Shown here: piece after piece, positions 50,072 through 63,358 of the stretch
How the letters are laid out: each line of letters starts with the position of its first letter
Numbering within the stretch: position 1 is the stretch's first letter
NCBI RefSeq assembly: GCF_052425735.1
Contig: NC_135763.1
Coordinates: 32,736,001-32,800,000 of the forward strand
Length of the DNA stretch: 64,000 nt
Origin: Oculina patagonica
Taxonomy: Eukaryota
Reading direction: 5' to 3'
The notes under the pieces: model-generated
Told to the model about the DNA's origin: nothing
Seen by the model: only the letters and a program-made list of their open reading frames with translations
The model's database searches: none
Translations under genes and position numbers: made by a program

Positions 50072-50845
50072 TGTACCTCAACTGAAGTACAAGAATGGTG
50101 TTGATCCTTCCAGGTTTCCGCTGATAACGTGGAAGACGTGGCCCAAATTAAACTAAAATTCATTTTTCTGAGACATTTGACAAAAGGGGAGAAGCAACTG
50201 CTTGTTGCAGTTAGAAACGAGTTTTTAGAAATAAGATCATATCAAACTTTCATACCTCTGCAAGTTTCAGCACAGGAAAACGCGCAAGAGTCTATTTAGC
50301 AGGAGCCATAAAAGCTCCCTCAGTATTTTCAGTACTCTTGGCTCATATTAACCCTAGTGTACTAAAATTGTCGATGTACTCAGTTTTGATGTGATCTTCT
50401 CATCTTTGCAGTTGCTCGTCGGTTTTGGGAGGAATTATTAAACGTAGGATTGACAATAATTTTACTACTTAATAACAACATTATCTTAATGGCAAATGCT
50501 GCAGTATTTATCATTATTGTATGGCTTGAGGGCCGTGACTAAAACGAATACTTCAAAATCTGAAATCCGCTGGCAGACTGGAACCCATTTCTACATATTG
50601 TACTATTCTTCATTCCAGAGAAATGAATGCTAACTGCAAGCAAACTGGAGTGGAACTAACCGGATAGCCGCAAGCACACTGGAATGCTTTGGTTCCAGTC
50701 CCTCAACGGGTTTTATTCTGATTTTGCATTATCCATTTCAGCCACCATGGCTTTTTGTGCTTGTTTAAATATAACGCACGCTGTGATAAGCTAATAGTCG
50801 GAGCCGAATTTTTTCCTATGATGCCCATGGGCATCATGACTGGTT

Positions 50846-51130
50846 GCCGACTGGTTAGCTGAGTTGGTTGAGCTCCGGACTCCCGTGCGGGAGGTCTCGG
50901 ATTCGACTCCCAGACCAGACCAAAACTCAGGGTCTTAAAATAACTGAGGAGAACGGTGCTGCCTTTGCGACAACATCTGCAAATGGTTAGATGTTCTAGT
51001 CTTCTCGGAAAAGGACGATAAACCGTAGGCCCCGTCTCCTGCATCTTCAGTGTTATGGTCAGCATGGGACGTTAAAAAATCCACACACTTATCGCAGAGT
51101 AGGGCACGAAGTTCCCGTTGTTGTGGTCTG
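50846..51130 (+). mobile_element. tRNA-derived SINE
   Basis: A box TAGCTGAGTTGG and B-box-like GATTCGACTCC. The body CAGGGTCTTAAAATAACTGAGGAGAA..GGACGATAAACCGTAGGC..GGGACGTTAAA..AGAGTAGGG is of a type I recognise from cnidarian SINEs. Confidence 0.75.
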
Positions 51131-51226
51131 ATCTTTGCCTGTTCGGTACTGGCAAGGTTTAGGGTGGTAATGCTTTAAGTCATCAGCTCATAAAGCTGCC
51201 GAACAATTCCGAGGTTAAATGAGGTA

Positions 51227-51401
51227 CAGTTAAACCCCGGTAATTCGAACTCTGAAGGGAAGCGAAAAACAGTTCGAGTTAGCGGGGTTTTCGAGTTAAC
51301 GGAGTAAAAATGACTGAAAACAGGTCCAAGGGAAATGGAAGTTAGTTCGAGTTAGAGGTGTTGTTCGAGTTATCCGAGTTCGAGTTACCGGGGTTCTACT
51401 G
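51227..51401. mobile_element. Tc1/mariner(pogo)-type MITE, TA TSD
   Basis: TA|CAGTTAAACCCCGGTAATTCGAACTC ... GAGTTCGAGTTACCGGGGTTCTACTG|TA. Confidence 0.85.
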
Positions 51402-51713
51402 TATTCCTGTTTAAACCATTAACTTCTTATTTACTGTCGCTAGCTCGTGACCATACAAGGAGAATGTGGCCCTCAGTCTGTACGGACCTCGTTCGGTCCA
51501 TACCATATCTTCGGTCCTGTGGTTACATTCGCGATAAAAGCAACTCTGAGGGGAGGAGGAAATGTTTTGCTTAGTTATAAGATATTTTCGGCGAAAGTAG
51601 AAAGCCATTAGCTTTTTAATGGATATTTTCTTATTAAATAAGGACCATGAGCGTGTACTAAGTTCACGAGAATTTTCCATTTTACTTCAAAGTTTAGCAG
51701 CATTCCAGTAGTA

Positions 51714-52447
51714 CAGTGGAACCTCCTGAAAGCGGACACCCTTGGGACCTGATAAAGTGCCCGCTAAGGAGAGGTGTTCGCTTATGAGGGTTTAAAAATG
51801 TATTGTTTGTATGAAGCTGGGTCCATGTGCACACTAAAGAGAAGTGTATGCCTGAGGGTGGTAAAATGTGAGTTTGTATGTGGCTGGGTCCATAACTTAA
51901 GGCACACTTAGGAGAGGTGTCTGCTTATGGGTCGTAAAAATATGAGTTTGTAAGTGGCAGGGCCCATAACTAAGTGCTTACTTAGGAGCTGTCTGCTTAT
52001 GGGTGGTAAAGTTATGAGTTTGTAAGTGGCTGGGAGGAGAGGTGTCTGCTTATGGGTGGTGAAAATGTGAGTTTGTATGTGGCTGGGTCCATGGCTAAGT
52101 GTCCACTTAGGAGAGGTGTCTGCTTATGGGTGGTGAAAATGTAGTGTTTGTATGTGGCTGATACCATGACTAAGTGCTTACCTGGGAGAAGTGTCTGCTT
52201 GTGGGTGGTAAAAACGGTAGTGTTTGTATGTGGCTGGGGACCTGCCAACTTGTCCACTTAGGAGAAGTGTCTACTTATGGATGGTAAAAACTGTAGTGTT
52301 TTTTTTATGTGTGTGGCTGAAACCTTGACTAAGTGTCCCATTAGGAGAGATGTTCCCTTATAGAAGCTTCAAACAGTAGTGTTAGTTAAGTTCTGATTAG
52401 AGAGGTGTCCGTTAGTCTGGAGTTGTCCGTTAGCGGAGGTTCGACTG
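51714..52447. mobile_element. Tc1/mariner-type MITE with an internal ~60-bp tandem array
   Basis: TA|CAGTGGAACCTCC ... GGAGGTTCGACTG|TA. About 10 diverged copies of CTTAGGAGAGGTGTCTGCTTATGGGTGGTAAAA..TTTGTATGTGGCTGG. Confidence 0.8.
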
Positions 52448-52619
52448 TAGTTTTTTTCCTATAAACTGAAAATCTTTGGACAACGGTATAAGGGAGCTTA
52501 AGCAATGACAGTGGTGACACCGAGAACAACGCCTAGTTAAAAATGACTTCATGTTTTTCTTACGAATCTCGCTCGCAATCATCAAGATCGATTGAGTACA
52601 TCTGTCGGCTTACGAACTA

Positions 52620-52783
52620 CAGTGGAACCTCGATATAACGACTGGCAAAATGTGTTCGCTATATCGAGGTTTCGTTATATAGCGGTTCTTTTCCATATAT
52701 CTTGCTATTACTGGGACGAAAAATATCGTTCGTTATATCGAGGATTTCGTTATATAGAGGTTCGTTAAATCGAGGTTTCACTG
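52620..52783. mobile_element. Tc1/mariner-type MITE nested in an older TIR repeat (~52490-53026)
   Basis: TA|CAGTGGAACCTCGATATAACGA ... TCGTTAAATCGAGGTTTCACTG|TA. The host element has degenerate ends AGGGAGCTTAAGCAATGAC..GAGAAC / GTTCTCGTTGCCGTT..AGCTCT. Confidence 0.8.
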
Positions 52784-54466
52784 TAGCTCCAGCTGAAAAT
52801 GATAAGACAGTGCGGTTCAATTCCATACGGAATTACAAAAGATAAGCCCTTGCGGTTTACGTTCTGCGAAAAGCTCTTGGGTCATTTCATGTTGTTTTGC
52901 CAAGGACGGCCAAGAAATGAAACAAGAAAAGTAACGCACGTTCAGAGCTATTGTTCTGCTCATTAAGCCTTTTGTTTGGCGACGTTCTCGTTGCCGTTAC
53001 CATTGTATTTCTACTTTAGCTCTATGTTACATGTGATTTAAAGGAGCTACTTCACGGACAACTCATTTTGAAAAAATGGCATCGTTTTTCGAAATTGTCG
53101 TTGAAAATGTGTCTTAATCTTTATTAGTCAGAACTATTCTTGGTTATTTTCGCCTTTTTATCACTCCTTTGTTGTTTTTCTATGTTAAAAAACTATTATT
53201 CCGAGGTTTCCTTCAATTTGAGGTTTAAAGGGTTGTTTAGAAAGATCAGACTAAAGTTTCAATACGAAATTAAACACAATGAATTCTTTATTGTTTAGCC
53301 TTTGCTAAAAGTTTGTGACTCAATCTTGTCTTCCATGTGTGAGCATGGCTTGAATTGCTACTTTTTATGCTGTGTTTCTAGTCTGGTCCTGAACAAGGGT
53401 ATACCATATTTCGTCGAATAAGCGCCCAGTCACTTATTTCAAACTTTGATTTCATTACTATTTAAGAAAGTGATGAGTGTGGAGGGGTCGGTTATTTGAG
53501 AGAGGAGGAGCATATTTGCTTTTTGGCGCTTATTCGAGGAAATACGTAAGCTGTTTTGCTCCTGTTCGAGGGGGGGATGGGGGGGGGGGGGGGGGTGGCG
53601 CGAGCACTGATCAAGACATCAGAACAAGACAGTTTTTTTTGCATGGTACTTAATTACTTATTACTTGTCTTATTTTACTTTTGTCTTCTTTTATGTACAA
53701 CCTTGTCAAAGCAATTACATTTTTTTGTAACTACTCAGCTTGTTTAGTTTATTTCTATTCTGGGTAGTTTTTTTGCCTATTTTAGTTAATTTATGTTATG
53801 CTGTAATTTTTTTTTCTATTTAATTTAGCAAAATAAAATGGTTGTTGTTGTTGTTATTGAGTGTTGGCGATGGGTTGAAGAATATGAATATTGTGCAATG
53901 AAGGTAAATTGTAAGAAACATCTAGAAAATTTTTATTTTTTTTAGCGAAGGCTATCAATAAAAGTGAATTGTTGAAGGTTTGTGTTGTGGTTGCTTTCCT
54001 AGAAATTTCCTTTTTTTTTTTTTTTTTTTTTTTTAATTGTATGGTTTTAAATCTTATGCAATCATTACCCTATTCGCACGTATCTTTTCCCGCGCTCTCG
54101 CCACAGGCTGTTCCAGACGTACAGAGAACGTGCTAACCAACACGTTCTTAGTTCATACCAGTAAACTGTTTTTTTTTTCTACGGATGCATGATTCGTGAC
54201 GCGATAGTGTTCATCCGCGGAGACACTGTAGTGCTCGTCCGAGAAAAATACCCGCATGGACAGTACTCGGCAAGCGGGCCTACAGACAAAAAAATCCTCA
54301 CTTCATTCACTGCATTTTTGTGGGTTTCTTGTCTAGTTTTGTTTCGTTTGTTACATTTCGGCTTTCCAAAAAGTAAACAAATGATTCAAGATGCTTGTTT
54401 TTGATTGGGCGCGTGGAAGAAAGTTTGAGTGGTGAACAATAAAGACGAAAGTGTGTTTTTTGTCTC

Positions 54467-54608
54467 GGAACTATTGGTCTGATAGTTGCCCCTTGGAAAT
54501 TTGATTTTCTTAAAACTAGCATATTAACCCTCAAAGCCTCGCTTCTCGGAAAAATATTTGTTTTAAGAACATCAAATTTTTGCGGGTCAACTATCAACCG
54601 ATAGTTCC
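54467..54608. repeat. Palindromic (hairpin) repeat element
   Basis: GGAACTATTGGTCTGATAGTTG..AAATTTGATTTTCTTAAAAC is inverse to GTTTTAAGAACATCAAATTT..CAACTATCAACCGATAGTTCC. Confidence 0.75.
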
Positions 54609-55507
54609 TCGAAAGACACACTATATTGACTCAATTGTTTAGATAGAGTAAGATGACTTCAAAGCCGCCAAACTTAACTGGGCCAAACAAGCTTGAAACC
54701 CGACTCGAAAACACTATCGAAAACTGTGTTTGTCGAGTAGTTTGATAACACCACGGGAAATCCATGAATGGCGAGTGAACACTAAGCTTGAAGAGCATTT
54801 AGTGTAGGAAAACGGTCTTTGCGAGAAACAATTAGGGTTTACTTGTACAAGCGAACAAATCAGACTTTGTAATAATTTCCACGAGTGGCGCGACGCAGCC
54901 ACTAGTGGAAATTAGAAAAAGTCCGATCTGCTCACAAGTACAATTAATCCCTTTGAACGTCGATGAAGATGAGCTTTTTATTGAAAAGGCTACTTAAATC
55001 TTACCTTAACGCATTCTTGTTCCCTCCTTTCTGTTCCATGTTGAATTTGTTGATAAAGACCATCGACGTTCATCGTTTTCAGATTGATCTTTGACGATTT
55101 CTCACACACAAGGCCGCGAGTGAAGAAGACTGGAAACGAGTTGTGACAGTGGTGCAGCCGCGTTTTTTGGCGCGAAACTCTGAGCGTAATACAGTTGATT
55201 TTAAATTGTTCAGCTAGTGATACTTTTTGGCAATTTTGGGATAAATTGTTCTGCTGTCGACTCATCAGATGCCAGTAGTTACGGAAGCATTATTATTTTT
55301 TTTAAAATGGAGTAAACACCCCTGGTACACATATAGATAGAATACCACACTGAGGATAATTCGTTTCTAAAACTCGACTTCCAGCTATCTGTTCCGACCT
55401 GGAATATAAACCGGCATGGGACTAACTTTTCTGCACTCAATTCATGTCGTGAGACGATAGCGAGCACCTCATGACATATTTATACCACGTTACACTCAAT
55501 TCACGTC

Positions 55508-55622
55508 GGTTAGCCTAACTAGCGCTCCAGTTAGCCTGAATAGCACTCCGGTTAGCCTAAATAGCGTTCAGTTAGCCTAACTTGCACTCCGGTTAGCCTA
55601 AATAGCACTCCAGTTAGCCTAC
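55508..55622. repeat. 20-bp tandem array, reverse complement of the array inside the 14935-15300 MITE
   Basis: Six units of GGTTAGCCTAAATAGCACTCC-like sequence. Confidence 0.85.
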
Positions 55623-55662
55623 TTTAGCTTGGGTTGCTTGTGGTTAGCTTTTGTAATAGGGT

Positions 55663-55740
55663 TAGCTGGTTGTCGGTGGCCTAGTGGATATAATTCCCGC
55701 TCGGTATGCCGGCGACCCGGGTTCGAATCCTCTTGGTCTC
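55663..55740 (+). pseudogene. tRNA-derived sequence (SINE head or tRNA pseudogene)
   Basis: A box TGGCCTAGTGG and B box GGTTCGAATCC at tRNA-like spacing, followed by a T-run. The acceptor stem does not pair well. Confidence 0.55.
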
Positions 55741-56534
55741 AATTTTTTCTAGCTTAACTTATACCTCGTGTATGAAAAAATAAGTCTCACGACTTGAACT
55801 GAGTGCGGAATAGTCACTTCCTAACCAGCATACTGAGTTTTCTTGACGACATAATCTTAATTCGTGCTCCCATTCGAATCAATACTTGATTCGATGGTCA
55901 GACATGAAAACAAGATTCTTACGTCTGACCTCATTAGTTTGGTTCTCTTTCACACTAAAATGCAGAGCACGCATCAGCGTCGAGCGTCGAGGGCGAGCAG
56001 GCCCGTCGTCATCCAAAGCGTGGATTCTCCAACACAGGAAGTCGCTGATAAAGAAGAGGTCGGCCTGTTTACATGACGGGAGGGTAACCCTCCTAGAAGG
56101 GTTACCCTTCTTGAAGAGTCAAAAGATAGCCGTCTTTTACATGTATAGGGTTATCCCTAGGGGTATCTCTGCCAAAAACTCGACGGAAACCTGAAGCCGT
56201 TACGGATTGGAAAAAAAAATAACACCGATCAATTTCTCAAAATTTCCTGTAAATCGAACTAAAGGTGGTTTGTCTTTGATTAATTTCACTCAGACGAACA
56301 CTGCAATATTATCCCGAGGTTTCTCAAACTAATTTTCGTTCCCTTGGTCTACTCTAGGCCACGCTTAGACTTTCTCCAGGGAAGTAGCCGCTTTGAGACA
56401 ATCCGAGGCAATTGCCTGAGTCATGTTTTTAGTTTTTGCTGTTGTTTTCTTTTTGAAGAGGGAAAGTAAATACTTAGAAAGATAATTTAACCATGGACAC
56501 TGCCTCAGTTATAATTTTCTTCTGGCTACCGCTC

Positions 56535-59305
56535 TGGATACGCGGAGACGTGGATACGCATTTGAAAAGAACAACCTACCCTTTAGATAAGGTAGGTATA
56601 ATTCTGAGCGGATACACAGAAACGCAGTAGAAGAAAGCAATATAGTCTTTAGATAAGGTAAGTAAATTTTTGACTGGACACGCAGTGGATACGCAGTGAA
56701 TACTCAGGGGATATTCAGTAAATACGGATACGCTGTGGATACGGGGTGGATACGTTTTGGATCAGGAGTAGATGAGCAGTGGATACGTTATGGTTACACA
56801 GTCGACACGCAGTGAATACGTTGTCAATAAATAGTAGATTCGTGGCCGATACGTGGTGGATGCGGAATGGATTCGTAGAGGATACGCAGAGCATACGCAG
56901 TGGATAAGTGGTGGATACGCAGTCGATACGGAGTGGATGCGCAGTGGATACGTGTTCGATATGCAGTGGTACGTGGTGGATACACAGACGATTCCTGGTG
57001 GATATGTGGTGGATACCCACTGGATACGTGGTGGATAAACATTGGAAACGTGGTGGATACGCAGTGCATACGTGGTGGATACGCAATTGATACGTGGTGG
57101 ATACGCAGAGGATACTTGGTAGTACGCATTGCATACGCAGTGGATACACAGTGGTGGATACGCAGTGCATTCGTGGAGAATACGAGAATACGAGTGGGTA
57201 CGTGGTGGACACGCAGTGGATACGTGGTGGATAAGAAGTGGATACTTGGTGGGTACGAAGGGGAAACTTGGTGAATACGATACGTGGGGGATACAAAGTG
57301 GATACGTAGTGGATACTTGGTGGATACGCAGTGGATACTTGATGGATACGCAGTAGATACTTGGTGGATACGCAGTGGATACTTGGTGGATACTTGGTGG
57401 ATACGTAGTGGATACTTGGTGGATACGCAGTGGATACTTGATGGATACGCAGTGGATACTTGGTGGATACTTGGTGGATACGTAGTGGATACTTGGTGGA
57501 TACGCAGTGGATACTTGGTGGATACGCAGTGGATACTTGGTGGATAGACAGTGGATACTTGGTGGATACGCAGTGGATACATAGTGGATACGAAGTGGAT
57601 ACGCAGTGGATACGCAGAGGATACATGGTGGTTGCGCAGTGGATACCTAGTGGGTATGCAGTGGATACTTGGTGGATACGCAGTGGATACATGGTGGATA
57701 AGAAGTGGATACTTGGTGGGTACGCAATGGATAAGAAGGGGATACGTGGGGGATACAAAGTGGATACGTAGTGGATACTTGGTGGATACGCAGTGGATAC
57801 GCAGTGGATACTTGGTGGATACGCAGTGGATACTTGGTGGATAGACAGTGGATACTTGGTGGATACGCAGTGGATACGCAGTGGATACATACTAGTTATG
57901 CAACGCTTTCGAGTGGTATACTATGGAATATCCCACGAGTCACTTGTATTTTCTCGGTATACACACGAGCCTTGGTGGATACTTGGTGTATACGCATTGG
58001 ATACTTGGTGTATACGCAGTGGATACATAGTGGATACGCAGTGGATACTTGATGGATAGCCAGTGGATACTTGGTGGATACACAGTGGATACTTGGTGGA
58101 TACGAAGTGGATACTTGGTGGATACGAAGTGGATACTTGGTGGATACGCAGTGGATACTTGGTGGATACGCAGTGGATACATAGTGGATACGCAGTGGAT
58201 ACATAGTGGATACGCAGTGGATACTTGGTGGATATGCAGTGGATACTTGGTGAATACGCAGTGGATACTTGGTGGAGACGCAGTGGATACTTGGTGGATA
58301 CGCAGTGGATATGCAGTGGACACATAGTGGATACGCAGTGGATACATAGTGGATACTTGGTGGATACTTGGTGGATACGAAGTGGATACTTGGTGGATAC
58401 GCAGTGGATACTTGGTGGATTCGCAGTGGATACTTGGTGGATTTGCAGTGGATACGTAGTGGATACGCAGTGGATACATAGTGGATTCGCAGTGAATACT
58501 TGGTGGATATGCAGTGGATACAGAGTGGATACGTAGTGGATACTTGGTGGATACGCAGTGGAGACTTGGTGGATACGCATTGGATACTTGGTGGATACGC
58601 AGTGGATACTTGGTGGATACGCAGTGGATACTTGATGGATAGGCAGTGGATACTTGGTGGATACGCAGTGGATACTTGGTGGATACGAAGTGGATACTTG
58701 GTGGATACGCAGTGGATACTTGGTGGATACGAAGTGGATACTTGGTGGATACGAAGTGGATACTTGGTGGATACGAAGTGGATACTTGGTGGATACGAAG
58801 TGGATACTTGGTGGATACGAAGTGGATACTTGGTGGATACTTGGTGGATACGCGGTGGATACTTGGTGGATACGCAGTGGATACATAGTGGATACGCAGT
58901 GGATGCTTAGTGGATACGCAGTGGATACTTGGTGGATATGCAGTGGATACAGAGTGGATACGTAGTGGATACTTGGTGGATACGCAGTAGATACTTGGTG
59001 GATACGCAATGGATACTTGGTGGATACGCAGTGGATACTTGGTGGATACGCAGTGGATATGCAGATGATACATAGTGGATACGCAGTGGATACATAGTGG
59101 ATACTTGGTGGATACGCAGTGGATACTTGGTGGATACGCAGTGGATACTTGGTGGATACGCAGTGGATACATAGTGCTTGCGGAGTGGATACTTGGTGGA
59201 TACGCAGTGGATACATAGTGGTTGCGTAGTGGATACTTGGTGGAGACTTGGTGGATACTTGGTGGATACTTGGTGGATACGCAGTGGATACTTGGTGGAT
59301 ACGCA
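56535..59305. repeat. 11-bp satellite GTGGATACNNN (mostly alternating TTG/GCA, giving a 22-bp dimer)
   Basis: More than 200 monomers; degenerate at the left, homogeneous at the right. Interrupted at ~57890-57972 by unrelated sequence. Confidence 0.97.
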
Positions 59306-59414
59306 GGGCAACCCTCCTTCCATTTAAACACGCCGTTAGTTAATCACATTGGAAAGTTAAAGCGGTTTAATTAAATGCAGGGTAGGTTCCATGCCTTGTC
59401 TTTTATCTCAGTGA

Positions 59415-59730
59415 CATCCTCGTCCCCAGAGACGCTTGTCCCTCCTTGTCGGCGCGGCGGAGCCTGTGCACGAGATATCAGTGGCTCTGGGGACGCATGA
59501 TTAAACTAGCTAGATTTTAGCAAATGTAGTTTCAAATCTTGCTTATGAAATCAACCGCTCAATCTCTGATATAACTAAGGGATTTTAAAACGGTTCATCT
59601 GATTGGCAGTTCTTTTTGTTTAAATCCAGCCAATTAAATCATTTTTCACCAGAGCTTACAGCCACTTGTTTTGCGTGCACAGGCGCCAACAGTTATTAAA
59701 GAGGGACCAGAGGGTCTGGGGACGAGAATG
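59415..59730. mobile_element. Non-autonomous TIR element with 9-bp TSD (same terminal family as 2420-3387)
   Basis: Ends CATCCTCGTCCCCAGA / TCTGGGGACGAGAATG. Flanks are TCTCAGTGA and TCTCATTGA (1 mismatch). A related partial copy lies at ~47378-47460. Confidence 0.75.
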
Positions 59731-60102
59731 TCTCATTGACAGAACTTGAAGCGCGCAGACTGATTGGAGCACTGGAATAGTTAGTTGCCAGCCTTTTTCG
59801 CTAGAATGAGTCAGCACTGGAAAGAAACATTTATTCCGACTTCTAAACTGATTGCGATTCAAGCGATGATTTATGCTCATTCGTAGTCGTAATTTAGAAA
59901 ACTTAAGGAAACGTTGATGGAAGCTATATAAAGAAGTATAAAGGGAACAGTCAAACAAACGCTGGCAAGTCTCAAAAATACAAATTCATCGTAACATCGA
60001 CAACAATTTCATCAAAAGGTAGGCAATACTGTATATCTGAAAATTAGGTATATAAATATATAATCACGATTGCAGATATTTATGATCAAAAAAAAATGAA
60101 TA

Positions 60103-60404
60103 TAGTAGAACCCCGATTTCTCGAACATCCAGGGGAAACGAAAATTTCTTCGAGAAATCGGAAGGTTCGCGAAATCAGAGATGCAATTACAGAGAAGTAC
60201 TATTCAAGGGAAACGTAAATTGATTCGAGAAACTGGGAGGTTCGAGAAATTTGGGATGCAATTACAGAGAAGTACTGAAACGAAAATTGGTTCGAGAAAT
60301 CAGGGATAACATTACTAAGAAGTACTATCCAAGGGAAACGGAAATTGCTTCGAAACATTGGGAGTTTCGAGAAACCGAGGGTTCGAGAAATTGGGATTCT
60401 ACTG
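60103..60404. mobile_element. Tc1/mariner-type MITE
   Basis: TA|TAGTAGAACCCCGATTTCTCGAAC ... GTTCGAGAAATTGGGATTCTACTG|TA, with internal TTCGAGAAA repeats. Confidence 0.8.
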
Positions 60405-60823
60405 TATTTATGTAAAATTTTATCACAAGGCAATATTATCAATTAGTCATCATAGAATGAGCGCATGTAGCCAAAATAGAATGGCAAATTTCAACATCTG
60501 GTGTATTGTACTACTATACCATTACCCACTGATCAGCTGAGATCGAATATAAATTATTTTCTGAAGATTGTTAACAGCTGAGGACTAGTGAGAAGTTGGA
60601 CCTCGCAGACACGTTTCTGCTCTGCGCTACATGTAAATTGCTGTAGTGCGTGTAACTTAATGACGCACGTGGAATTTCAATTTCAATTGATACGACGTGT
60701 TCTTTTCCTCGTTCTCCACTACAAACCTGTTCAAATAGGAATTGTTGTCAATCTTTCAGAACTGACTCCAATCAAAACATCAGCTGGTTGTTCAAAACAT
60801 AAAGCAGTGATTAATTAGCTTTA

Positions 60824-61811
60824 GCTTTTTACCTGTAGAGTCATCCACAACGGAGTTCTTTCAGAACTGTTTGAGATGCTCACTGGAGTGCGCCAGGGTT
60901 GCTTGCTGTCGCCCTTCTTGTTCCTGCTTGTCATCGACTGGATAATGCGGAGGACGACAGAAAAACATCAGGATGGCATACAGTGGACACTCACGACCCG
61001 GTTAGAAGATCTTGACTTTGCCGACGACATTGCCCTTCTTTCACATAACCACAGGAGCATGCAATCCAAGCTAACAAGACTGGCAAAGATCTCAATGCAG
61101 ACGGGCCTTAGGATCAGCAAATCCAAGACGAAGGTGATGAGGGTTAACACCAAGAATGCAGATAGGATAGAACTAGATGAGGATGAATTCGACGAGGTGG
61201 AGGACTTTGCGTACCTTGGAAGTAACATCAGCAAGGACGGTGGATCTGATCAGGACATACGAGTGAGGATCGGAAAGGCAAGAACTGCATTCACCATCTT
61301 GACACCTGTTTGGAGATCAAAAGTGATTTCCAGAAAGACCAAACTACGGTTATTTAATACCAACGTAAAGTCAGTCCTCCTTTACGGCTCTGAAACGTGG
61401 AGAGTAACAAAAGCGAACTCCACCAAACTGCAGACCTTTATCAACAAATGCCTGAGATCCATCATGGGCATCCACTGGCCAGAGGTCATAACAAATGAAG
61501 AGCTTTGGACAACAACTGAGCAGGAAAGGATCAACATCCAGATAAGAAGGCGTAAGTGGGGTTGGATTGGGCACACCCTCAGGAAAACAAACTGCAATGT
61601 CACCAAGCAGGCACTGAGATGGAACCCACAGGGGAAGAGGAGCCGAGGCCGTCCCAGAAACAGCTGGAGGAGGACGGTAGATGACGAGGCGAGCAAAGCA
61701 GGCTACACCTGGACGCAGATTGAAAGGATAGCCCAAAACAGAACACGATGGCGAGCAGTGGTTTCCGTGGACCTATGCTCCATGGGGAGCGAAAGGGTTT
61801 AAGTAAGTAAG
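60824..61811 (+). mobile_element. 5'-truncated RTE-clade non-LTR retrotransposon (RT C-terminal half, uninterrupted)
   Basis: The frame is open from 60825 (LFTCRVIHNG..TGVRQGCLLSPFLF..LDFADDIALL..YLGS..KRSRGRPRNSWRR..) to TAA at 61802. (TAAG)3 tail. 12-bp TSD TAATTAGCTTTA at 60812-60823 and 61812-61823. Confidence 0.95.
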
Positions 61812-61957
61812 TAATTAGCTTTAATTTCTGTCAGGGCAGAACTTGCGAGTGTATTTCATCGTGAAAAGCATAAAAATGGGAAAAATCAAAACTAGAGAAG
61901 CTTAGACATTTTTCTCGGAAAAGCAGAAGTTGGCTCGCCCCCAGGCCCCAAAAGTTA

Positions 61958-62403
61958 CAGTAAAATGTATGGGACTGAGCCCCGATATAACGATGTTCGA
62001 TATACTGAGGATATTCCCGATATAACGATGAGAATTTAGCGGACCGAACGTAAAATCCTCCCGATATAACGATATTATCAGTTCACAGTCACAATTTATT
62101 TGCAAAACGTCGAATTTAATGCAATAACATCACAGTTATTAAGTGATCTCTAACGTTTTTTAAACAGCATTGTACGATGATATACGTAAATGATACTGCG
62201 TTCTTTATCAAAATTATTCTCTTTATCCTCCTTTTATATGCAGTAAAAGTACTTTTAAGTTTACCCCGATATAACGATATTTTCGGTTATTTTACGGCCA
62301 TATCGTTATATCGGGAGTTTCGATATAGCGATTCCTCGATAATTATAACGATATAATTTTGCTGCTCCCTTGGCATATCGTTATATCGGGGTCCACTGCA
62401 CTG
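61958..62403. mobile_element. Tc1/mariner-type MITE with CCCGATATAACGA repeats
   Basis: TA|CAGT..CCCCGATATAACG ... CGTTATATCGGGG..ACTG|TA. Confidence 0.7.
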
Positions 62404-63166
62404 TACTGACTTTCCCTACCCGAAGGCAGTCCACGAACAAAAAATTGTGAAGCTTTACTGGATTGATGCAGTCCTTTAGATGAAATGTGTGCGCTTCTCT
62501 TTTAATATTAGCGATCTACACAATATTACAAGATATATAAATATAAAGACTGTAAGTCAAATTATCTACCAAGTCAGCGGAATTACCCCACCCATGTCAT
62601 ACGGGACTCATTCGGCAACGTTATTCAAACTACTGGAATAGAACGGAACTGTGTGTGAATTTTCCAACCATATTTAGTCTTCTGTTTTCCCGGCTTTTCT
62701 TGACCTTAAATGTAAACGAGTTATAATATTATATTGCCGAACGTGATCTTTAAAGGAAATTGTCGGTGGGAAGTGAAAGGCCGAAAAAAGCACATTATAC
62801 ACTCAATCTTTTTTTTACTGATCTGACTCGTAATTCAGTATCTTCACTGTACATTATCTTACTAATAAAATTTTCCCTTTGGTGATCTTTGCCTTTATTC
62901 CCTTGACCTAACTTTTTTATTTCGTTTATGGATGATCAACTTTCAGGAAATTGTTTTTTCTTTCTATAAACTGCAACTTAACAAGGAAACGGAAAAGGTT
63001 CGACATATGACGTATAACAATAAAAATAAGTCTGCCAGAAACACATTGAACACGTGCCAGTCACTTTATTTGTCAGGTTTCGCTTTCATCGAAGGCTTCT
63101 TTCTCTGACGCTCTTGCTAAAACGTACTCTCATACTTTTGCAATTGCCAAGGTAAGTCGTGTATTA

Positions 63167-63358
63167 CAGTCAAAACTCTCCTCACGGACACCTCCGTAAT
63201 ACGGGCACCTCTTTTATACGGGCAGTTGACTCGGTCCGAAAATAAAGAGACCAAATTAAAATTCATTTACACACTACCTCTGTACTGAATACAGACACCT
63301 ACATAAAACGTACACCCGACCCCGTCCCTTTGGTGTCCGTATTAAAGGGGTTCTACTG
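63167..63358. mobile_element. Tc1/mariner-type MITE
   Basis: TA|CAGTCAAAACTCTCCTCACGGACACC ... GGTGTCCGTATTAAAGGGGTTCTACTG|TA. Confidence 0.75.

Noticed and set aside
56535-59305. CRISPR-like array
   Set aside because: The variable part is only 3 bp and recurrent, there are no unique spacers or cas genes, and the context is eukaryotic.
56715-59331. Long ORFs (391, 431, 463 aa) of YPLRIHQVST repeats
   Set aside because: They are translation artefacts of an 11-bp satellite that lacks stops on the minus strand. All frames give the same repeat.
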